Origin: Bacilli bacterium | GTDB taxonomy: Bacteria > Bacillota_I > Bacilli_A > ML615J-28 > CAG-313 | Direction: 5' to 3' | NCBI GenBank assembly: GCA_035362935.1 | Contig: DAOSEC010000009.1 | Span: 9,501 to 73,500, forward strand | DNA length: 64,000 nt | Part shown: piece by piece, positions 48,744 to 58,292 of the stretch | Numbering within the stretch: the stretch's first letter is position 1 | How the letters are laid out: the number at the start of each line of letters is the position of its first letter | Notes under the pieces: model-generated | Seen by the model: only the letters and a program-made list of their open reading frames with translations | Databases searched by the model: none | Told to the model about the DNA's origin: nothing | Made by a program: the position numbers and the translations under genes

Positions 48744-49962
48744 TATCAAAAAAATTCTAAAAAATCATATTGTAAATACCACACCAAATATTCATCATTT
48801 GATTGATATTAATCAAATTACAATAGAACCGCTTATGTCACAAATAAGACCAAATATCAAAACATTCCGTCAACAAAGATTCGCATTTAAGATGTTATTT
48901 ACTATTTTATTAATCACAATCAATGTGCTAGCTATTTTTTCAATTCCTCTAGTAGGTGATCATCCAGATGACGAAATTATTGTTAATCCTATTCCTCTAA
49001 GCCATAAGGAAGAAATTTATGCATTTTCTGCTGCTTCGGGTTTAACTGCTTACACAGTATCCTTTGATTATAACAAAAACAATTTGCTAAGATTGAGTTC
49101 ACATTCACTTCTAATTGAAGATGAAATTGATCAAATTACACAGTACTTATATGTTGTTGAGTCATTGGTTGGAGACAAGTCTGATATGGTTATCACTTCT
49201 AGTGATTCTGCTGAGAAACCGGGTTACTCCTATAAAATATCATATCAAACTATAGATTTAACCAACCAATTGCGTACATATTCGTTATACTATAATGAAG
49301 AGGTTGTCGATGATGACACAACACGATTACAAGGTATTATCGAACTAGATACCCTTGAATATCATGTAGAAATAACGGATACCACCAAAGAAGATGAAAG
49401 AAAAATTACAGTACGATTAAATCAAAACCAAATCGATGCAAACTACATTAAAATTGAACATATTATGGAGGAAGACGAACAAAAGTTTTCATATGAAGTG
49501 ATTGAAATGTTCGAAACCATTCATTCATTCACGATTAAAGTTGAAGAAGAAAATAATCGAATTAAAGCAGAAATCGAGTATGAAAGTGATGTAAAGAAGT
49601 TGAAGTTAGAATTTAAAAGAAAGGTTGAAAACACCATTTCAACCATACTCATTGAGTATGAACTTGAACATAATGATGAGGAAGAAGAAGGATTAATGCT
49701 GATTCAAGTTATTTTCGATTCAAACACACAAATGTATAAGTATGTATTTCAAATTGAGACGAACCAAATTGATAAAGTATTAGAAAAAGATCGTTTTGAT
49801 CGCTCCAAAGAAGATGATGAGGATGATGACGACGACGAAGAAGATGAAGAAGACGAAGAAGATGATGACGGCGACGATGATGAAGATATTGAAGAAGATG
49901 AAGAAGATGAAGAAGATATTTTTAACGTTGAGATCTATTACTATGATTCATTTTCGCTTTAG
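48730..49962 (+). CDS. putative anti-sigma factor with acidic-tail ectodomain
   Basis: start overlaps the sigma gene by 14 nt (RBS gaaggaggtg); cytoplasmic N-terminus, one TM, then an ectodomain homologous to lipoprotein 47071, ending in EDDEDDDDDEEDEEDEEDDDGDDDEDIEEDEEDEED. Confidence 0.6.
   Translation: MKKANIKKILKNHIVNTTPNIHHLIDINQITIEPLMSQIRPNIKTFRQQRFAFKMLFTILLITINVLAIFSIPLVGDHPDDEIIVNPIPLSHKEEIYAFSAASGLTAYTVSFDYNKNNLLRLSSHSLLIEDEIDQITQYLYVVESLVGDKSDMVITSSDSAEKPGYSYKISYQTIDLTNQLRTYSLYYNEEVVDDDTTRLQGIIELDTLEYHVEITDTTKEDERKITVRLNQNQIDANYIKIEHIMEEDEQKFSYEVIEMFETIHSFTIKVEEENNRIKAEIEYESDVKKLKLEFKRKVENTISTILIEYELEHNDEEEEGLMLIQVIFDSNTQMYKYVFQIETNQIDKVLEKDRFDRSKEDDEDDDDDEEDEEDEEDDDGDDDEDIEEDEEDEEDIFNVEIYYYDSFSL
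49810..49920 (+). repeat. GAR/GAY codon simple-sequence tract encoding a poly-acidic tail
   Basis: low-complexity coding repeat. Confidence 0.8.
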
Positions 49963-50100
49963 AAACCATATCTTTATAGTTCTATGATATCTTGCGATCG
50001 AATTGGATGTATTTCTATGTTTTGATATGTCGAGTAAATGATAAATGAATCTTTATCAGATGTATGAAATAAATTCATAAACCATATTAAATATGAATAA

Positions 50101-50134
50101 AAGACCTGAATCATTCCGATTCAGGCCTTTTTGT
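50101..50134. terminator. bidirectional rho-independent terminator
   Basis: aaagacctgaatc-attccg-attcaggcctttttg. Confidence 0.8.
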
Positions 50135-51368
50135 TTTGTTCTTGTTTCGCTTGCTTGATTGCTTCAAATCTTGCTTTTAAAGATTCTTCGAATTTTGATG
50201 TGTTTTTGGGATCATAGTAGGATGCATGTTTGATGATGTCAGGTAAATATTGTTGATTAACCCATGCACCAGGGTAGTCATGTGGATATAGGTAATTGCT
50301 TTGTGACTCATCAAAAGAATAGATGTTTTTTAGATGAAGTGGGAGTGATCCGCTTTTTCCTGCTTCTATGTCTGAAAGTGCTTTATCAACTGCAATCAAC
50401 GCGGAATTGGATTTTGGTGATAATGCCATTTCAATTACAATTACCGATAATGGAAGTCTAGCCTCAGGCATTCCAAGTTGAATCGCTGCATCACAGGCTG
50501 CTATGACTCTTGGACCAATCGATGGGTTAGCAAGTGCAATATCTTCATAAGCGGTCGCAATGAGGCGTCTTGTCAGAATAATGAGTTCTTCGGCTGCGAG
50601 CAGTTTTGCTAAATAATGAAGACTGGCATCCACATCAGACCCACGGATTGATTTTTGTAATCCACTTAAGGTATCAAAGTAGTTATCACTGCTTCCATCA
50701 ATTAGAATCGATGGACGAAGCAATACACTTTTGGCTAAATCAAAAGTGATATTTGTTCCTTCTAGTGCTAATATTACTACTTCAATCATATTAAGAACAC
50801 TTCGAACTTCACCATTGGCTAAGCTAACCAAATATTCAAGCGCATCCGGATCGATTGTTAAGCTAGGATTAATATAGGATATTCCACGTTTTGCGATTGC
50901 AATCAAATCTTGTTTTTCTAAGGATTTTAGTTTTAGGACGTGACAGCGAGATCGAATCGCAGGATTGACCGAATGATATGGATTGACGGTTGTAATCCCT
51001 ATCATAACAATTTCTCCACTTTCGACAAATGGAAGCAAAAAGTCTTGAATGTCTTTTTTCATACGATGAATTTCATCAATGATGACAACACTTGCTTTGT
51101 GGAATCTTGATTCATGCATGATTGTTTTTAGGGCATCCTTGTTATCAATGGAAGCATTAAATTTAAACGATTTGTAACCACTTGTTTGTGCAACCACCTC
51201 AGCAATGGTGGTTTTTCCGTTTCCAGGATCTCCGTATAATATCAAAGAAAATAATTTTCCTTTTTCTACCATTTTACGGATTACACCATTTTGACCGACT
51301 AAATGATCTTGACCTACTATGTCATCAAACGTTTTGGGACGCATGCGAAATGCCAACGGCTCCATCAT
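50121..51368 (-). CDS. rarA: replication-associated recombination protein A (AAA+ ATPase)
   Basis: Walker A GDPGNGKTT, Walker B VVIIDEIHR, RarA/MgsA C-terminal helical region. Confidence 0.9.
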   Translation of the reverse strand: MMEPLAFRMRPKTFDDIVGQDHLVGQNGVIRKMVEKGKLFSLILYGDPGNGKTTIAEVVAQTSGYKSFKFNASIDNKDALKTIMHESRFHKASVVIIDEIHRMKKDIQDFLLPFVESGEIVMIGITTVNPYHSVNPAIRSRCHVLKLKSLEKQDLIAIAKRGISYINPSLTIDPDALEYLVSLANGEVRSVLNMIEVVILALEGTNITFDLAKSVLLRPSILIDGSSDNYFDTLSGLQKSIRGSDVDASLHYLAKLLAAEELIILTRRLIATAYEDIALANPSIGPRVIAACDAAIQLGMPEARLPLSVIVIEMALSPKSNSALIAVDKALSDIEAGKSGSLPLHLKNIYSFDESQSNYLYPHDYPGAWVNQQYLPDIIKHASYYDPKNTSKFEESLKARFEAIKQAKQEQNKKA

Positions 51369-51428
51369 CTCACCATCTTTCTACTATGAATTATTTTATC
51401 ATAAGTGGGTTGAAAATACAATTTTACC

Positions 51429-51458
51429 TTGCATTTTTATTTGTTTTTTTGTATAATT
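51429..51458 (+). promoter_or_regulatory. promoter TTGCAT-18-TATAAT for tRNA-Thr
   Basis: hexamers upstream of the tRNA 5' end. Confidence 0.5.
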
Positions 51459-51472
51459 ACCTTACATCTTGC

Positions 51473-51546
51473 GCTCCTATAGTTCAGTGGTAGAACGCAG
51501 CAATGGTAATGCTGAAACCTGAGTCCGATTCTCAGTAGGAGCACCA
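51473..51546 (+). tRNA. tRNA-Thr (anticodon GGU), CCA encoded
   Basis: hand-folded cloverleaf: acceptor GCTCCTA/TAGGAGC, D-arm GTTC..GAAC, anticodon arm CAGCA-ATGGTAA-TGCTG, T-arm CTGAG-TCCGATT-CTCAG, discriminator A, then CCA. Confidence 0.8.
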
Positions 51547-51556
51547 TGAGGAAAAT

Positions 51557-51590
51557 CAAACTATTGGGAGACCAATAGTTTTTTTATTTG
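51557..51590 (+). terminator. rho-independent terminator
   Basis: aactattgg-gag-accaatagttttttt. Confidence 0.75.
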
Positions 51591-51599
51591 GAGGTCCTT

Positions 51600-52502
51600 A
51601 TGAATAAGATTAAAAAAATACCAATGTTTTCTTCCTCTTTTGTTGCCTCAAGGTTAACAAACGGATGGAGTGAAGATGAAAAATGGAAGGTTACGGTCAG
51701 AAATAGTGAGTCATATGTAGTGCGTTTTAGCTCTAAAAAGGAGTTAGGCCAAAAAGAAATCGAATTTACGTGTATGAAAAACATATGCAAAAACACAAGA
51801 TTTGTTCCAGAAGTCATTACGTATGGGGTATTGGAAGATGATGATCTTTGCTACATCGTGTATCGTTTTGTAGAAGGTGTAGAACTTATCGACATCATCG
51901 ATAAAATGTCAGAAAGTGATCAATATCGTTTAGGACTCCAAGCGGGAACAACATTAAAAACCATACACAAAGAAGTTAGGACATCTGTCATTTCTCCTTA
52001 CGAGCAAATGAAGCGGAAGATTGAACGAAAAAAAGAATTATATGCTACCTCAGGTTTGGTTGAACCCTATCACGATCTGATTGTGCAATATCTTGATGAT
52101 AACCTCGAACAACTAAAGGGGCAAACAACCTCATTTTGTCATGGGGACTTTCACTTAGGAAATATGTTACTAGGGAAAGATAACAATTTATATGTTATTG
52201 ATTTTAATCGTTCTAACATTGAAGATTCCTATCAAGATTTTAACCGAATGTTAAGCTTTGGGGTAAAACATAGCATTCCATTCGTGCAAGGGCAGATTAA
52301 GGGGTATTTTGGCAATGAGGCACTTCCAGAACGTTTTTTCCGTATTGCATTGTTTTATGCGTGTATGGATATTGGGTTTGGAATTTTGTGGGCAATGCAA
52401 TTTGGTGAAGAAGAAATCAAAGTCCATAATAGTTTGGTTACGCAAATATTAAGAGATTTTTCTAACTTAACATCGGTGATACCCGTTTGGTGGAAGGAGT
52501 AA
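51600..52502 (+). CDS. phosphotransferase-enzyme-family (APH/choline-kinase-like) protein
   Basis: Brenner motif HGDFHLGNMLL and IDFNRS; start at ATG 51600 after ggagg. Confidence 0.7.
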   Translation: MNKIKKIPMFSSSFVASRLTNGWSEDEKWKVTVRNSESYVVRFSSKKELGQKEIEFTCMKNICKNTRFVPEVITYGVLEDDDLCYIVYRFVEGVELIDIIDKMSESDQYRLGLQAGTTLKTIHKEVRTSVISPYEQMKRKIERKKELYATSGLVEPYHDLIVQYLDDNLEQLKGQTTSFCHGDFHLGNMLLGKDNNLYVIDFNRSNIEDSYQDFNRMLSFGVKHSIPFVQGQIKGYFGNEALPERFFRIALFYACMDIGFGILWAMQFGEEEIKVHNSLVTQILRDFSNLTSVIPVWWKE

Positions 52503-52505
52503 ACA

Positions 52506-53360
52506 ATGAGAATAAAATATTTCGATACAGTAAAACAATTTTTAAATGAGTTTAATGAGATACTTCTTGAAAAAGAAGAAGTGAATCAACTCATTTTGTT
52601 TAATGCGAACAATATGTTAGTGCAAGAACAAGTAGAAGGTTCTTTTTATGGTGGAGTATGGAATGAAGAAGGTGTTCTAAAGTTTATTTTTTTACATATG
52701 CCACCTTATAATTTGTTGATTTCCTCTATTGGAGAGGTAGATAATCGAGTTACTGAGAGTTTCGCAATGGATATTGCATCAAATCATCCTCTCATTCGTG
52801 GGATCAATGCGAGAAAGGAAGTAGCGTATGTATTTTCAAATGCTTTTGTTACAATAAGACGATGTAACATTGAAACACATTTTACTCTAGACATTATGAA
52901 ACTAACAAAGACAAACGATTGTAATTTACCAAATGGAATCTTTCGCAAAGCAACAGATCAAGACATTCCACTCATTGTTGAATGGAATCAAGCCTTTTTT
53001 GCTTATATTGGTGAAACCATTGAAGTATTAGAGGATTACATTAAAAAAATTAAAACTCGTGTCAATGAAGGAAAATACTATTTATTTGAAACACCAGACA
53101 ATATTGTTGTATCGATGGCTGCTGCGTCAAGATATTTGACATATGGTGTCGCAATCGGTCCTGTATTTACTCCTGAAATTTATCGCAATAAAGGATATGG
53201 AATGGCTGTTGTGCACCATTTGTGTCAAGCACTGTTACAAGATGGACATCGATATGTTACCCTTTATGTCGATCAAAAAAACCCAGTATCCAATCATGTT
53301 TACTTAAAGATAGGATTTGAAATCGTAGAAGATCAACTAGATATCCGCTTTGTTGAGTAA
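52506..53360 (+). CDS. GNAT family N-acetyltransferase with N-terminal extra domain
   Basis: C-terminal GNAT motif YRNKGYGMAVVHHL...; 4-nt gap from the APH-like gene. Confidence 0.65.
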   Translation: MRIKYFDTVKQFLNEFNEILLEKEEVNQLILFNANNMLVQEQVEGSFYGGVWNEEGVLKFIFLHMPPYNLLISSIGEVDNRVTESFAMDIASNHPLIRGINARKEVAYVFSNAFVTIRRCNIETHFTLDIMKLTKTNDCNLPNGIFRKATDQDIPLIVEWNQAFFAYIGETIEVLEDYIKKIKTRVNEGKYYLFETPDNIVVSMAAASRYLTYGVAIGPVFTPEIYRNKGYGMAVVHHLCQALLQDGHRYVTLYVDQKNPVSNHVYLKIGFEIVEDQLDIRFVE

Positions 53361-53441
53361 ACAAACAATAAGGTTTACAAAAAACAAAATTGAAAACAAG
53401 CAAAGTTATGGTATAATAAAGGATGTTGAAGAGGTGAAAAT

Positions 53442-53798
53442 ATGAAATTACTTATGAATTTACTATGGTTAATCTTCGGTGGAATTTTTGTGACCATCGC
53501 ATGGTTTTTAATAGGTGTATTATTATGCATCACTATCATTGGTATACCATTTGGTAAACAATGTTTTAAGATGGCAGAATTGACGTTTGCTCCATTCGGA
53601 CGAGATGTTCAATCAAGATTTGAAAAATATCCAATTGCGAATGCAATTTGGGCAATTGTAGCTGGGTGGGAAATGGCGCTAGCCAACATTACCACTGGTC
53701 TCATTTTATGTGTAACGATAATTGGAATTCCATTTGGACTCCAATCGTTCAAAATCGCTATCTTATCATTATTCCCATTTGGGGCAAAAATAAAATAA
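53442..53798 (+). CDS. YccF-like (DUF307) inner-membrane protein
   Basis: duplicated ITIIGIPFG TM motif. Confidence 0.7.
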   Translation: MKLLMNLLWLIFGGIFVTIAWFLIGVLLCITIIGIPFGKQCFKMAELTFAPFGRDVQSRFEKYPIANAIWAIVAGWEMALANITTGLILCVTIIGIPFGLQSFKIAILSLFPFGAKIK

Positions 53799-53811
53799 TA
53801 AGGAGTTACTC

Positions 53812-56800
53812 ATGTACAAATCACTACGAAAACTAGCTGTTATCATTGTATTTGCGTTAGGAAGCATCTTTTTAATTGGGTGTGATACCAAGATTGATCC
53901 AAGTGATTGGGGACTTCCGAATACTACAATTGATGTTACCATTGGAGCTACCCATCAAATTAACTTAGGTGCAGATGAAGTTGGAAACGACGCATTTGCT
54001 TATACTTCATTTAATACTAGTATTATTAGTGTTTCTACGACTGGATTAATCGAAGGGTTGGCTTTGGGTCAAACGCAAATCACGATTTCGTATAAAGAAG
54101 ATCCATCGCTTTTTTCAGTTACATTAACAGTTAATATTGTAGCTGCTCAACCGACAAGTGTTGTAGTTACAGGAGATAGTAATCTACAACTTGGATCATC
54201 ACTAACACTATCTGCTAGCGTTCTTCCTGTAACAGCTCCACAAACAGTTACTTATAGTAGTTCGGATGAGACGGTTGCTACAGTTTCTAGTGCTGGGGTT
54301 GTAACTCCATTAAAAGAAGGTACTGTTACTATTTATGCACAATCCACGAGTTCAACAATTGTTGGATCGAAACAAATTACAATTACTAGACCAATTGCGA
54401 CGGATGTTATTATCGTTGGTGGAACTGCTGTTACACTAGGATCAACACTTGCTTTATCGGCAAGTGTAACGCCAGAATTTGCTAATCAAACCATTACATG
54501 GACAAGTTCTAATGAAACCATCGCAACGGTATCATCAACCGGTGTTGTTACACCATTACAAGTAGGTTCGGTTGTCATAAAAGCAACATCCAATGTTATC
54601 ACAGTGTTTGATGAAGTTACCATTACAATCACTGCACCATTACCAACTTCTGTTGTAGTAAGTGGTCCATCAGTTGTAGTTGTCGGTCAAACCATTACAT
54701 TAACAGCAAACGTGTTATCAAGTTATGCAGATCAAAGCATTACTTGGTCTTCAAATAATACATCAATTGCAACTGTTTCAACCTTAGGTGTTGTAAGCGG
54801 GGTTGTGGTAGGATCTACAACCATTCGTGCGACTGCATCTAATGGTATTTATCAAGATTATACAGTTACAGTGAGTCTTCCTTCTGCGACATCTGTCGAA
54901 GTGGTTGGACCATCTACAATAGCAGTCAATCAAACAGCAACCTATACTGCAAATGTGCTTCCAGCATTAGCAAATCAAGCGGTTACTTGGACTTCTAGCG
55001 ATGAAGCCATCGCAATCATTAATCAAGATGGTGTGGTTACTCCAGTTTTTGAAGGAACTGTAATCATAAAAGCAACCGCTCATAGTGGTGTTTATAAAGA
55101 AATAACAATTACTATCACCGGACCAACAGCAACAAGTATTGAAATTGCAGGAAATTCTAATCTTGAAATGGGAAGTACCCTTTCACTTACAAGTTCGGTA
55201 TTACCAATTGAAGCTCAGCAAACTGTGACTTGGTCATCATCAAATACAAGCATTGCAACTGTCAGCGCAAGCGGTGTTGTGACACCTAGAAATGCGGGTG
55301 TTGTTGTTATCCGTGCAACTTCCACACAAAACCCAAGTGTGTTTGAAGAAATTACGATAACAATCACAAGACCAGATGCAACTAGTGTTATGGTGGAGGG
55401 ATTTAATTTTGTGTTTATTGGTTCTGAAGCAGAATTTACAGCGTTCGTATTTCCTTCCTTAGCAAATCAATCTGTTGTATGGGAAAGTTCAGATGAAGCG
55501 GTTGCAACGGTAAGCAACCAAGGATTGGTCATTGGAATTGCTGCTGGAGATGTTACAATCACTGCAACAGCGGAAAGCGGAGTTTTTTATGCCTATGAAC
55601 TATCTGTGAAACCATTGATGAATGAGTTTTATGTTGATCCTAGTTATGCTGGTAGATATGGGGAAACCATATCGCTCGGATTTGATCAATATATTTATTT
55701 AGGACTAAATGGGTTTGCAACAATCTCAGAAGCAGTCAATGCCATTCCAGCAGATCTTGATTATGCAACGATTGAAGTTGCAGCAGGAACATATCCACAA
55801 AGTTTACTAATCAATAGCAGTAACATTAATATCGTAGGTCCAAACTATGGAGTTGATCCAAGAAACGATGTTCGTGGTCCTGAAGCGATCATCACTGGTC
55901 AAATTGTACTAGGATATGGAACAAGCGATTTAGAAGGAATCACCATTGGCGGGTTTAAGTTTACTGGTCAAGCACAAATCATACAAGCAAACAATACTGC
56001 AATTGACTTGTTTGACTTTATGTACAATGTCATTGAGGACATCAATTATGTTACTACAACCAATCGAGGATTTATCCAGTTTGTAGCATCGTCTACATCA
56101 AAGGGAGTCAATAACTCTTATTTTGCTTATAACTTATTCCAAAATATTTATAATACAGTAACTTCAAATATATTGGTTCGTCCAATCTGGATGGAGTATG
56201 CTTCAAATGTATATATTACAGACAACGATTTTGTTCGATTTGAGCGAGATGTTTATCTAAAAGACATCAGTCAAGATGTTACAATAACTGATAATCGGTT
56301 TGAACAATCAAAATATCGTTTTATTCATATCAATGGATTCTTTGGTGGATTCATTTCAGTCGTCAATAACACAATGGAAACATCTCTGGATGCGGCTGTT
56401 GCAATCTATGGTCGGTTAGAATATGAACCGGGAATGACAATCCAAGTCAATCATAATCACATCACAGATGTGAATCGTGGAGTGTATGTTGATCCAGAAT
56501 ACTCATTAAATAGCAACTGGGTTGTCAATAAGCCAGTCATTGCTGAAGTGAAATACAATGTGATTATGGTGAACCACGCAACCAATTATTGGGGTCAAGG
56601 AAGTGATGTGTTCGCTGTTGACTTTACACAAAATTATTGGGGTAGTGTAGTTCCAACAAGCGCGAAGTTTACCAATGTTCCAACCGACAATTGGGCAAAT
56701 TACTATACGAATGTACTTGATGTACCAGCGGCGTATACCATCGATTACCAATATCCTGAGAGTATTACGTTGACAAATCAACCATCTTTGGTTCATATTG

Positions 56801-58152
56801 GGAATAACTATCAATTAGAAGTCGATTTTGCTCCACTGTCTACAAATGTTTTTGATGTGTTATGGGTTAGTTCAAATCCAAATATCGCCACTGTTTCAAA
56901 AGATGGTGTGATTGAAGCATATCAAGTTGGGCAAGTCACAATTACTGGTTATGCATGGTTCAATCGTCATGTTAACATTTCATTTACACTCAATACCAAC
57001 TACGCACCAGGAATTGCATTTTCGTTCCCAACGATGGATAACTTATTTGTTGTAGGTGATACATTTACATTAAATTCTACTCCATATCCAACTATATATA
57101 GTCAAGAAACGATTCAATTTGTCTCAAGCAACGAAACGGTTGCGACAGTTGCAAATAATGGACTTGTTACTATGGTTGGAACAGGGGATGTCACGATCAC
57201 AGCAAGATTTGCATCCAATCCTAATGTATCTCATAGCATGAGTTTTTACGTCAGCGAGGTGAACAACTTGAACAACTTAATGGATAAATTAGCAGCCGTT
57301 CAATACGCAAGTGTCGAACCTTACAATTTCACAGTTTGGGGTTCAACAACGTATGCTCATAGCACGATTAAGAGTGTATCAATGTATTACTTTGGTCCAA
57401 ATCCAGTCACACAAAGCATTATAAACAAAAGTCCGTATACAAGAACAGAACGCACAATGTCAGCACTCCCTGCCGGTATCACACAATACAATCCACAAAA
57501 TATTCATTGGATTGTTGTTCATGATACAGGTAACTCAACTGCTGGGTCAGGAGCGCTCGCACATTCAAACTATTTACATAATTTAACAAACAATCCAAAT
57601 AATACAACAGCAGTATCATGGCATTATACAGTTGATGATGCGGCAATCTATCAACACATTCCAAACAATGAGCGTGCATTCCATGCAGGAGATGGATCGA
57701 CCTTGGTTGGAAACCATTCAACTTACCTTGGTGGAGGAAATACAAATGGTATTGGTATTGAAATGGCTATTGGAAACGGGTATGATATTTACCGAGTTTG
57801 GCAAAAATCAGCAAAACTTGCTTCAAGACTCGCAGTAGAATATAATCTGCCACTTGCAAACATCAAGTATCACAATGATTTCTCTGGAAAAGATTGTCCT
57901 CAAACATTGCGCAAATCAGGACTAATCTCTCAATTTGAAATCATGAAGGAAATTGAGTATGAAGTTGCGAAAAATCATCCAACTGCGATCATTACATTCC
58001 AATCGCACAACCCAAGATATTTAGATGATACAGGTCGTGTGTTAGAATTACCAATCTTAGGTACAACTGTTTCTTACACGATCACTATTTCTGAAAATGG
58101 CAATATGGTAAGTAGAACATTCAATACCTATTTACCAGGTAAAACATATTAA
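53812..58152 (+). CDS. giant surface lipoprotein: ~8 Ig-like (Big_2-type) repeats + right-handed beta-helix region + C-terminal PGRP/Amidase_2 N-acetylmuramoyl-L-alanine amidase
   Basis: lipobox LIGC; ~90-aa repeats ending ..TVS..GVVTP...G.V.I.A; C-terminal HDTGNSTAGSGALAH...SWHYTVDD...IGIEM amidase_2 signature. Confidence 0.8.
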   Translation: MYKSLRKLAVIIVFALGSIFLIGCDTKIDPSDWGLPNTTIDVTIGATHQINLGADEVGNDAFAYTSFNTSIISVSTTGLIEGLALGQTQITISYKEDPSLFSVTLTVNIVAAQPTSVVVTGDSNLQLGSSLTLSASVLPVTAPQTVTYSSSDETVATVSSAGVVTPLKEGTVTIYAQSTSSTIVGSKQITITRPIATDVIIVGGTAVTLGSTLALSASVTPEFANQTITWTSSNETIATVSSTGVVTPLQVGSVVIKATSNVITVFDEVTITITAPLPTSVVVSGPSVVVVGQTITLTANVLSSYADQSITWSSNNTSIATVSTLGVVSGVVVGSTTIRATASNGIYQDYTVTVSLPSATSVEVVGPSTIAVNQTATYTANVLPALANQAVTWTSSDEAIAIINQDGVVTPVFEGTVIIKATAHSGVYKEITITITGPTATSIEIAGNSNLEMGSTLSLTSSVLPIEAQQTVTWSSSNTSIATVSASGVVTPRNAGVVVIRATSTQNPSVFEEITITITRPDATSVMVEGFNFVFIGSEAEFTAFVFPSLANQSVVWESSDEAVATVSNQGLVIGIAAGDVTITATAESGVFYAYELSVKPLMNEFYVDPSYAGRYGETISLGFDQYIYLGLNGFATISEAVNAIPADLDYATIEVAAGTYPQSLLINSSNINIVGPNYGVDPRNDVRGPEAIITGQIVLGYGTSDLEGITIGGFKFTGQAQIIQANNTAIDLFDFMYNVIEDINYVTTTNRGFIQFVASSTSKGVNNSYFAYNLFQNIYNTVTSNILVRPIWMEYASNVYITDNDFVRFERDVYLKDISQDVTITDNRFEQSKYRFIHINGFFGGFISVVNNTMETSLDAAVAIYGRLEYEPGMTIQVNHNHITDVNRGVYVDPEYSLNSNWVVNKPVIAEVKYNVIMVNHATNYWGQGSDVFAVDFTQNYWGSVVPTSAKFTNVPTDNWANYYTNVLDVPAAYTIDYQYPESITLTNQPSLVHIGNNYQLEVDFAPLSTNVFDVLWVSSNPNIATVSKDGVIEAYQVGQVTITGYAWFNRHVNISFTLNTNYAPGIAFSFPTMDNLFVVGDTFTLNSTPYPTIYSQETIQFVSSNETVATVANNGLVTMVGTGDVTITARFASNPNVSHSMSFYVSEVNNLNNLMDKLAAVQYASVEPYNFTVWGSTTYAHSTIKSVSMYYFGPNPVTQSIINKSPYTRTERTMSALPAGITQYNPQNIHWIVVHDTGNSTAGSGALAHSNYLHNLTNNPNNTTAVSWHYTVDDAAIYQHIPNNERAFHAGDGSTLVGNHSTYLGGGNTNGIGIEMAIGNGYDIYRVWQKSAKLASRLAVEYNLPLANIKYHNDFSGKDCPQTLRKSGLISQFEIMKEIEYEVAKNHPTAIITFQSHNPRYLDDTGRVLELPILGTTVSYTITISENGNMVSRTFNTYLPGKTY

Positions 58153-58157
58153 ATTGA

Positions 58158-58193
58158 GTAAGACACATTAGGTTATTCTAGTGTGTCTTTTTT
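58158..58193 (+). terminator. rho-independent terminator
   Basis: gtaagacacattag-gttatt-ctagtgtgtctttttt. Confidence 0.75.
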
Positions 58194-58292
58194 ATCATTG
58201 CATTCGAGTAAAAAAAAATAAAAAGACTTTTAAATTCGTATTCTTTCGTGTATAATATAAATGTTGAAAACGCTTTTTAGAGGAGGATTATT

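Noticed and set aside
47990-49920. Repetitive gaagatga tracts considered as CRISPR or other non-coding repeats
   Set aside because: These are irregular codon-level simple repeats with no spacer-repeat periodicity. They lie in frame inside two CDSs and encode poly-D/E.
49796-49987. Alternative-frame + ORF (MIAPKKMMRMM...)
   Set aside because: A frame-shifted reading of the same acidic repeat inside the 48730..49962 gene; spurious.
51369-53800. Genomic island or prophage integrated at tRNA-Thr
   Set aside because: No integrase, excisionase, transposase or visible repeat of the tRNA 3' end. Only a weak accessory-gene flavour, reported as a low-interest finding instead.
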